This document shows, one piece after another, positions 53,569 through 60,007 of a stretch of DNA of 60,007 nucleotides (the stretch's first letter is position 1; each line of letters opens with the position of its first letter). Source of the DNA: Desulfurococcaceae archaeon (GTDB taxonomy: Archaea; Thermoproteota; Thermoprotei_A; Sulfolobales; NBVN01); contig JAJHQR010000002.1 of the NCBI GenBank assembly GCA_020833255.1, positions 1 through 60,007 of the forward strand. The letters run 5' to 3'. The notes under the pieces are model-generated. The model was not told where the DNA came from and ran no database searches. It worked only from the letters and a program-made list of their open reading frames with translations. The translations under genes and the position numbers were made by a program.

Positions 53569-53594
53569 CCACGATTTTCTTATTGTAACACGGC

Positions 53595-54122
53595 TTAAAT
53601 GTTTTTCCACGTGAGTTTCTTCGCGATTACGTAGAGCGTTATAGCGAGTGCTGCTTGAGGAGGTGTGGAGGGGTCGAGCTCGCCTACCATTACGTGATCT
53701 CCTAAACTAAGCTCTGTTTTAGAGGGCGGTGTGTCACCGCCGTTAACTACTAGAGCTACCTTACCTCTCAAGCCGCTCGCTACCTCCTCTATATCCTTAG
53801 AAACCTCCGTCTTAGCCAACACTAAGACCTTATCAGGTTTTAACAAATCGATGACGTCCTGAGGAGTTGGTAGGATAAGCAACGGCTTACCTAACCTAAA
53901 CAAGTACCTACCAACCTCGGGAATTCCTGTCTGAGCCGCCATACCGGAAACTCTGGTGAAGACTAAGCTGCTTCTTAAATTAGTTAAACCATAAACTAAC
54001 TTAGCGAAATCAATTAATCTCTGAGGGGACGAGACGTTATTGACTACCACCACCAATTCTAGACTGCCTTCAACACCTCCAGTAACCCCTACACCCTCAC
54101 GATCTCGACCCATCACTCCCAC
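53595..54122 (-). CDS. Conserved hypothetical alpha/beta protein (possibly SPOUT-like)
   Basis: 175 aa. It sits between the C5-methyltransferase gene and tRNA-Gln on the same strand. The pattern ..VALVVNGGD.. ..LGDHVMVGEL..PPQAALAITLYVI.. is reminiscent of SPOUT knots; the call is weak. Confidence 0.35.
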   Translation of the reverse strand: MGVMGRDREGVGVTGGVEGSLELVVVVNNVSSPQRLIDFAKLVYGLTNLRSSLVFTRVSGMAAQTGIPEVGRYLFRLGKPLLILPTPQDVIDLLKPDKVLVLAKTEVSKDIEEVASGLRGKVALVVNGGDTPPSKTELSLGDHVMVGELDPSTPPQAALAITLYVIAKKLTWKNI

Positions 54123-54203
54123 CCTTCACACGCTTTAAAATCGCTCGATACCAGGTCTCACAAAATATCTTGCGATCATGTTTTAATAAAACAGTTGATT
54201 TCC

Positions 54204-55172
54204 TCAAGCATCTAAACGCTTAAGCAATTCGAGAGCTATCGCCTTAGCTAGCGGTGGCGGGACCGCCTCACCCACTTGATTATATTGCTGATCCCTCCCC
54301 CCTAAAAACGCGTGGTTATCGGGGAATCCCATCAACCTAGCTTGCTCCCTCACGGTCAACAACCTGTTCTCGAAGGGGTGTATGAATCTTGAGGAACCTA
54401 AAACCGTCGGCGCGACTCTGTAAGGATGTAGCTTTATTAGGTTAGGTAGTAAACGCCCCTCAGCACCTTCATACGTGACCGCCGAACCACCCCATTTAAG
54501 CCTAAGAGCTTTCTTAAGCTTAGACTTACTAAGACTGGGTGGCGGTTCATGATTAGGTATCTGAGGGTCTGCCGAAGGTTCAGGCAGGCCTGAGAGCGCT
54601 TCCGCCACAGTGACTGACTTACTCACCCTAGGCGGGTTTATGATGATGTTGGAAGCGAATACCCTGAGTCTTCTTGAAGGGGTTCCGTAATCCTCCGCTC
54701 TAAGAAGATTGAAGTAAACTTCATAACCAGCCCTACCGAATTCTTCCTTGAGCGCCGAACCCAAATCCCCGTCTAGTATCGCGGGCACGTTCTCCATCAC
54801 GAAGTAGCTTGGTTCCAAGCATTCAAGAATCCTTATGAATTCCAGAACTAACCTACCCATGTCGTCCTTATACAGCCTGTCCAAGGGATCCTTCATCCTC
54901 CTAGGGTTAGAGCCTGTGAAGGGTTCGCAGGGTGGGGAACCTATCAGCACGTCTACCTTCAAGTTATTGATGAGGTTACGTAGTCTCCAACACTCAAGCC
55001 CGCGCACGTCCTCCGATATAACTAGTGATCTAGGGAAGTTAGACACGTAAGTCTTGACGGAAGCTTCATCAATATCTACGGCTAAGACAGGCTCAAAACC
55101 TGCTTCGTAAAACCCCCTTGCAAACCCTCCCCCGCCAGCGAATAAATCAACTAGTGAGTTCCTTCTCCTCAT
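54204..55172 (-). CDS. dcm: DNA (cytosine-5)-methyltransferase family protein
   Basis: Ordered motifs: [56 protein letters not shown] and X QVGEAVPPPLA. Confidence 0.85.
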   Translation of the reverse strand: MRRRNSLVDLFAGGGGFARGFYEAGFEPVLAVDIDEASVKTYVSNFPRSLVISEDVRGLECWRLRNLINNLKVDVLIGSPPCEPFTGSNPRRMKDPLDRLYKDDMGRLVLEFIRILECLEPSYFVMENVPAILDGDLGSALKEEFGRAGYEVYFNLLRAEDYGTPSRRLRVFASNIIINPPRVSKSVTVAEALSGLPEPSADPQIPNHEPPPSLSKSKLKKALRLKWGGSAVTYEGAEGRLLPNLIKLHPYRVAPTVLGSSRFIHPFENRLLTVREQARLMGFPDNHAFLGGRDQQYNQVGEAVPPPLAKAIALELLKRLDA

Positions 55173-55680
55173 TAGATATTTCCTCTTCGAGTTTAGCGAT
55201 CATGCCCTTCAGGAATTCCTTCGCCGCCGTATTGTCTTCCGGTCTTAAATCAGCCCCGCATTTAGGGCACTTGAAATCGTTCTCGTAAGCTTCGTCGAAG
55301 GTTAGCCTAACGCCGTCAACGTCGCACACGAAGAACGTATTATTGGATTCGAAGCTTAGCCTAGCTTTAAGCTTATTTAAGACTTCCTTCTTCCTCTGAA
55401 GGAGTACTTGATTGAGTCTACCCCCATCTATAAACCAGGTATAGATAAACCTCCCGTCCTCAGGGCTTTGCCTCCTCTTATAAGCGACGATGCCCAGCGA
55501 GTGCAACTCGTATAAAGCCCTCCTAACCTCCTGCTCGTTAATACCTGTTTCTGAAACAATCTCTGAATCCGTCAATTCCTTATTATGCTTGACTAAGGTC
55601 TCGAAAACAGCCTTGCCTGAATCCCCTACGTATTCCTCGATAAACTTAGATAACTCGTCTAACTTCCTGAGCTTACTCAA
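55147..55680 (-). CDS. tfe: Transcription factor E (TFE alpha, TFIIE-alpha homologue)
   Basis: N-terminal winged helix (..[34 protein letters not shown]..) plus the zinc ribbon FVCDVDG..CPKCG. Confidence 0.9.
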   Translation of the reverse strand: MSKLRKLDELSKFIEEYVGDSGKAVFETLVKHNKELTDSEIVSETGINEQEVRRALYELHSLGIVAYKRRQSPEDGRFIYTWFIDGGRLNQVLLQRKKEVLNKLKARLSFESNNTFFVCDVDGVRLTFDEAYENDFKCPKCGADLRPEDNTAAKEFLKGMIAKLEEEISNEEKELTS

Positions 55681-56221
55681 CCCTAACCACCTTCTTCCCC
55701 TTAACCGACGGCTCTATATAATACTTCGCATCAGAGAAAATAAGGTGTAGTTCCCTACCCTCAAAAAGCCTATCCAAGAAAATCGCTAAGGCAGCAACCT
55801 CCGAGTGTGGTTGGTGACCTATAGCGACGTTGAAGTCCGCTAACTCGTAGAAAATCCTCGGAACCTTAGAAGCACCAACTATCACCAGCAAGTCCTTAGA
55901 GGACGATTTTATGGTGTTGATTACGTCATCCAAGTGCAAGCCGTACATCGTGAGATGCACCACGGAGCCGCCGAGACTCTTCCACTTATTAACGAACTCA
56001 ACGCTAGAAACACCTGAAACATACTCGAAGCCGCCGCAACCCCACCTCTCACAAACCTTTCTCAAGCTCTCCGAAACACTCCTGTCTTCTACGTCACCTA
56101 ACACAAAGCATGAAGCGCCGAAAGCTCTTGCAGTAAGAGCTACGTGAGTGGTAACCCTCTTATCTCTTTCAGGCCTATGACCTATCCTCAAAACACAAAC
56201 CTTGATCCCCCTATCAATCAA
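55673..56221 (-). CDS. tRNA (cytidine56-2'-O)-methyltransferase aTrm56
   Basis: [29 protein letters not shown] is the hallmark aTrm56 N-terminus. It overlaps tfe by 8 nt. Confidence 0.9.
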   Translation of the reverse strand: MIDRGIKVCVLRIGHRPERDKRVTTHVALTARAFGASCFVLGDVEDRSVSESLRKVCERWGCGGFEYVSGVSSVEFVNKWKSLGGSVVHLTMYGLHLDDVINTIKSSSKDLLVIVGASKVPRIFYELADFNVAIGHQPHSEVAALAIFLDRLFEGRELHLIFSDAKYYIEPSVKGKKVVRVE

Positions 56222-56351
56222 GGGGCATCACCTCATGCAGGACCTCCACCACACATAAATCTTCCCATCACAAGTTTTAGATATTGAGGGTGTATGCATA
56301 GTAAACGACGGGCCCGCCGCCTCACGAGCTTGTGGGCAAGCGCTTAGCAGG

Positions 56352-59156
56352 TCAATCCCTCCAGTACTTCCTAGTCCTCACGTAATTCTTCTCGAGCTCG
56401 TAGAGCGATAAGTAGAATTCTTCCTCACTACCGGAACTTAAGGCTTTTACGGCATTATGAGGGCCCACACCCCTCGCGGCTAGAGCGATGATTGCTTTCT
56501 TACCGTAAGTTAACACGAGTCTCGCGGACGCTACTAACTCATCATACTTTCTTTTCTCCTCCTCACTAACCAGGAACTCATACCTAGCACCGTACTTGAT
56601 GACCCTCCTCACCAAATTGCTTAAGTCCTCGTTACCGAAGTAAACACCTACCACGGAATAACCACACCTACCGCAACTCACTCTCTCCGGTAAATTCTTA
56701 ATTACATCACGCCAGCTCTCACCGCAGTTGAGGCAGTAAAGCTTCACTTCCTTCTCTAACAACCTCTTCTTAAGCAACTCAACTACCACGTTCTTAGGGA
56801 GCTTCTCAACCTCAACCCTGCCATAACCACCGGCTACTTTAAGCCCCTCCAAAGCTATCGGGGATAACTCGTTGACTATCATAACCTTCTTAGTTAAGCG
56901 ACCTAGCTTAACGTCGCTGAAGAAACTCTTGAGAACGTCTAGGTCAACGTAACGTGTTAAGATCTCGTTAAGCACTTCTTTCTTAACAACATCGTGACTC
57001 ACGTACTTGCTAATAAGCGTCCTAACGACTTGGAGGGGGGCTTCCTCAGGCATGATACCAAGTCTTACGAGAACCCTCCTAGCCACGTACTCAGCCAGGC
57101 TCGACTTAAGCAACGACTCACTCAAGTATTCGAGTACTCTGTCATCAAGCAATAAGCTCTCCACGAGCGCCGCCACGCGAGACTCACTAACATCCTCCGG
57201 GAGTAATACGTAGACCCTGTAAGGATCGTGCTTTGTGACGGGTTTCACGCCAAGTAACTTACTTAGGTAATATGAGGTCACGTGAGCAAGACCTAAATTA
57301 CCTCTGCTACCCAGGCAGGAATGAATAACTACTAAGACATTATTGCCTCGACTAACCTCAACAAGAACATCCTTCTCGGTAGGTAGCGGGTAGCCCTTAC
57401 TCACGTGCTCCCTGAGCACCCTGCCCAGATAATCTAAAACACCGGCGTGTTCAGCAAACCTCAGGTAATTACTCACGTTACCTCCTGAAACCAGCATCCG
57501 CCTGAGAGCACAGACCTCCCTAGCTACCTTAAAATCTACTGGTATGTTCTCGCCGGACCAAGTAGGGATTAACGCACTCTCATCCCCGCTTAACTCCACT
57601 AATATCTTCTTAGCCTCCTCATCCACGCCGAGAATCCTCCAAACCCTACCCGATAAGACCACGTCAGCGTTTTCCTCTGCAGACAACATCACGAATTCCT
57701 CGTCTAACCTCCCTATATGACCGCCCGTCACCACGTCCACCACGTCGTATTGCGAAGACTCAACAATCATTGTTGTTTTCAAGTAGTAAATCCTGCCCTT
57801 ACTGGTCGCTACGTAGGAGCCTTCAGGCAACCTCCTCAAATACCTCAACTCAATTAGTAAGTCTATTACCTTCTGGAGGTCTTCCTCAGTTAATTCCGCG
57901 TAGGGGTAACTCTTCCTCAAAATCTTTAACGCCTCGCCCGTGGTGAAGCTCCCTTCAAGACCTAGACCTACCAGTAAGTGAGCTAAGACGTCGAGAGACT
58001 CTTTAAAAGTATTCGGTTTTTCTAAGTCGTAACTAGAAGTCCTCCTAGCGATAACTAAAGACTCCGCTACGTCATCTAAGTTCCCGCTAGCTACCACGTA
58101 CCCTACAGCCCTCAACCACGCCTTATGAGACGACCTACCGACCCTCTGAAGCAGCTTCACCGCCTGCCTAGGGGACGACACCTGAATAACTGCATCCACG
58201 TACCCCACGTCAATACCTAGTTCTAAGCTAGAGGTAGAAACCACCGCCTTCAGCAAGCCTTCCTTAAGCTTCCTCTCCACCTCCTCCCTAATCTTCTTTG
58301 AGAGAGACCCGTGATGCACCTCAACAGAGAGTCCACGCTTATTAAGCACGTTCCCGAGCCACTCAGCCTCATCCCTAGTATTAGTGAATATTATGACACT
58401 CCTAAACCTAGTTAGAAGCCGCGCGACCTCCTCGACTAAGGAGTTCCTAGACCCACCACTGGGAAGATCTTGCTGAGCTACAACCACCTTAATCTCTGAT
58501 TCCCTAGACATAGGTACCGAAACATCTACTACTAGCCTGCCCGGAGCTAAGATGTTCTTAACCTTATTTAAATCACCCACACTAGCTGAGAGAGCTACGC
58601 GTTGATACCTCCCTGCAATCCTCTCAAGCCTCTCTAAATCAACAAGTAGGTGAACCCCTCTCTTACTACTAATCAACTCGTGAAACTCGTCTATCACCAC
58701 CCACCTAACGTTCCTTAAATACTTCCTCAAACCCTCGTTAACTAAAACATAGGCCAGAGTCTCTGGAGTTGTTATCAGGATGTGAGGGGGTGAGACACTC
58801 ATTAACTTCCTAGCGGTACTCGGCGTGTCACCGTGTCTGACAGCTACTTTAAACCCTAGCATCCCGCTCAAATCACTCAACCTACGCAACATATCTCTGT
58901 TAAGAGCCCTTAGAGGAGTCACGTAAATGACCGCTATAGGCAAGACCTCACTCCTTCTCTCACACATCATGCTGAGTATCGGCAACATCGCGGCCTCAGT
59001 CTTACCGCTACCTGTCGGCGCCACTATCAGTACGTGCTGACCCGACAAAACCGCTGGAATAGCTTTTTCTTGAATAGGGGTTAGCCTCACTATACCTACT
59101 CTCCTAGCTATGTCAGCGACCTCAGCACTCAGCGACTTCATCGCACTTTCGGACAT
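56352..59156 (-). CDS. lhr: Lhr-like large ATP-dependent DEAD/DEAH-box helicase
   Basis: 934 aa. Motif I APTGSGKT, motif II VIDEFH, helicase C motifs, then a long C-terminal Lhr-type extension with a CLNCG..CGRCG ribbon. Confidence 0.85.
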   Translation of the reverse strand: MSESAMKSLSAEVADIARRVGIVRLTPIQEKAIPAVLSGQHVLIVAPTGSGKTEAAMLPILSMMCERRSEVLPIAVIYVTPLRALNRDMLRRLSDLSGMLGFKVAVRHGDTPSTARKLMSVSPPHILITTPETLAYVLVNEGLRKYLRNVRWVVIDEFHELISSKRGVHLLVDLERLERIAGRYQRVALSASVGDLNKVKNILAPGRLVVDVSVPMSRESEIKVVVAQQDLPSGGSRNSLVEEVARLLTRFRSVIIFTNTRDEAEWLGNVLNKRGLSVEVHHGSLSKKIREEVERKLKEGLLKAVVSTSSLELGIDVGYVDAVIQVSSPRQAVKLLQRVGRSSHKAWLRAVGYVVASGNLDDVAESLVIARRTSSYDLEKPNTFKESLDVLAHLLVGLGLEGSFTTGEALKILRKSYPYAELTEEDLQKVIDLLIELRYLRRLPEGSYVATSKGRIYYLKTTMIVESSQYDVVDVVTGGHIGRLDEEFVMLSAEENADVVLSGRVWRILGVDEEAKKILVELSGDESALIPTWSGENIPVDFKVAREVCALRRMLVSGGNVSNYLRFAEHAGVLDYLGRVLREHVSKGYPLPTEKDVLVEVSRGNNVLVVIHSCLGSRGNLGLAHVTSYYLSKLLGVKPVTKHDPYRVYVLLPEDVSESRVAALVESLLLDDRVLEYLSESLLKSSLAEYVARRVLVRLGIMPEEAPLQVVRTLISKYVSHDVVKKEVLNEILTRYVDLDVLKSFFSDVKLGRLTKKVMIVNELSPIALEGLKVAGGYGRVEVEKLPKNVVVELLKKRLLEKEVKLYCLNCGESWRDVIKNLPERVSCGRCGYSVVGVYFGNEDLSNLVRRVIKYGARYEFLVSEEEKRKYDELVASARLVLTYGKKAIIALAARGVGPHNAVKALSSGSEEEFYLSLYELEKNYVRTRKYWRD

Positions 59157-59264
59157 CCTAGCTCACTAGTCCTAATATACATAAGGACTACTCCATAGAT
59201 AAGCAATAGAGACCTCGTATCAATCTTTATAAATATTCACAAGTAACTCTTCTAAGGTGTTAGA

Positions 59265-59618
59265 ATGTCAGAAGAGGGAAAAGAGAGGGAGGAGGAAGAG
59301 GAGACGGAGGAAGAGAGTTTCGAGAAAATACTGAGCTTAGAGACTGCTGCCGAGGAAGAAGTTAGTTTAAGCAGTGAGGAAGTAGAGGTGCCTAAAGTCT
59401 CGTTCAGCATAAGCTCTCTAGAGACTATGCTGAGCATCGAGGAATTACTTCTTGAAGCGCTTAAGAACCCGGATACTGTGAGCCAGGTAGTAGAGAATAT
59501 AAGGAAGTTGAGAGAGTCTTTCTCGTTAAGGCAGAAGAAAACAGTGCAGAAAGCGAAATCAGTTAAGAAACCTAAGAAAAAGAAAATGACTAAGGGCAAG
59601 AGTAAAAAGGTTGAGTAA
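59265..59618 (+). CDS. Hypothetical protein with an acidic N-terminus and a Lys-rich C-terminus
   Basis: 117-aa ORF. It is preferred over the antisense ORF 59252-59599, whose product is low-complexity and Ser/Leu/Phe-rich. Confidence 0.4.
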   Translation: MSEEGKEREEEEETEEESFEKILSLETAAEEEVSLSSEEVEVPKVSFSISSLETMLSIEELLLEALKNPDTVSQVVENIRKLRESFSLRQKKTVQKAKSVKKPKKKKMTKGKSKKVE

Positions 59619-59663
59619 CTCCTGCATTAGCTGAGTCTTCTAGTTGATGATCGCGGGTATTCA

Positions 59664-59987
59664 CTAACTCACCAACCTTAGTATGGATTCCTCGTTCACT
59701 CTCTTATCAAACACTATCGACACTATTTTCTGGTTCTTCTCCACTCTTAACCTGATCTTATCTATTATCACTCTCCCTAAGAGGAGGTCTCTCTCATTTT
59801 TACGCGGTGTTATGTATTCCTTAAACTTTTTTCTCAGCGTATCGTAGTAAGCATCGAAATTGTTTAAAATCCTTAAAGCGTCCTCTACGTCCTCAGTCAA
59901 GCCTAACTCCCTAACCACCCTCTCTAAGAAAGCGTAAACCTCTGCAAGAGTCCCCTCAACTACTAGATACCCTAACTCCCTAAACAC
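59664..59987 (-). CDS. Hypothetical protein (may extend beyond the window edge)
   Basis: 107-aa ORF from a GTG at 59987. The frame stays open to base 60007. No family recognised. Confidence 0.4.
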   Translation of the reverse strand: MFRELGYLVVEGTLAEVYAFLERVVRELGLTEDVEDALRILNNFDAYYDTLRKKFKEYITPRKNERDLLLGRVIIDKIRLRVEKNQKIVSIVFDKRVNEESILRLVS

Positions 59988-60007
59988 CTTAATTACTAAC
60001 CCACACC

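Noticed and set aside
53398-53598. 66-aa plus-strand ORF
   Set aside because: It covers the tRNA-Gln gene on the opposite strand and is explained by the tRNA.
56305-56315. ACGACGGGCCC, identical to the 5' end of the tRNA-Val gene (possible att-site remnant)
   Set aside because: Only 11 contiguous matches (13 of 14 extended), with no further tRNA similarity and no integrase nearby. This is compatible with chance.
59252-59599. 115-aa minus-strand ORF mirroring ORF 59265-59618
   Set aside because: Only one of the pair can be real. The minus-strand product is Ser/Leu/Phe-rich low-complexity sequence, typical of the antisense of Glu/Lys-rich coding. Neither has homology support, so the plus-strand call is itself low confidence.
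1-60007. Scan for CRISPR arrays, rRNA genes and long tandem repeats
   Set aside because: By eye I found no regularly spaced 24-40-nt repeats, no rRNA-like sequence and no long tandem arrays. Repeats other than those listed may have been missed.

Overview
The window is a compact archaeal chromosome segment of crenarchaeote type. Supporting gene content includes RNA polymerase subunits P, F and a probable G/Rpo8, TFE, PCNA, aTrm56, L10e/L21e, diphthamide and wybutosine enzymes, a tRNA-splicing endonuclease and an intron-containing tRNA. About 75 protein genes, 2 tRNAs and 2 candidate C/D-box sRNAs are supportable. Most genes are housekeeping. They cover translation (L3-L4-L23-L2, L10e, L21e, GlyRS, AlaX, HflX, MBF1, MetAP), tRNA/rRNA modification (Trm5/Taw2, Taw3, Trm11, TrmJ-like, aTrm56, RNase Z, EndA) and transcription. 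Metabolic genes include a 5-oxoprolinase operon with a symporter, PRPP synthetase, agmatinase, malate dehydrogenase, an aldehyde:ferredoxin oxidoreductase (AOR) operon and UbiX. An anaerobe-type oxygen-detoxification cluster holds peroxiredoxin, a flavodiiron protein and superoxide reductase. No rRNA genes or CRISPR arrays were seen. The one clearly accessory locus lies at about 38.9-42.0 kb. It holds an AT-rich element encoding a zinc-ribbon-less TnpB/IS605-OrfB-like protein next to tRNA-Val. It also holds two inverted copies of a ~150-nt structured non-coding end module whose stems co-vary between copies. That module appears to be transcribed divergently from the nuclease gene and outward across the element end. 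The two copies bracket PCNA and tRNA-Val, and each abuts a damaged gene (a frameshifted cupin and a 5'-truncated M55 peptidase). Two conserved genes (taw3 and endA) have homologous N-terminal coding sequence with no in-frame ATG/GTG/TTG. All functional calls rest on manual motif recognition; no database search was run.
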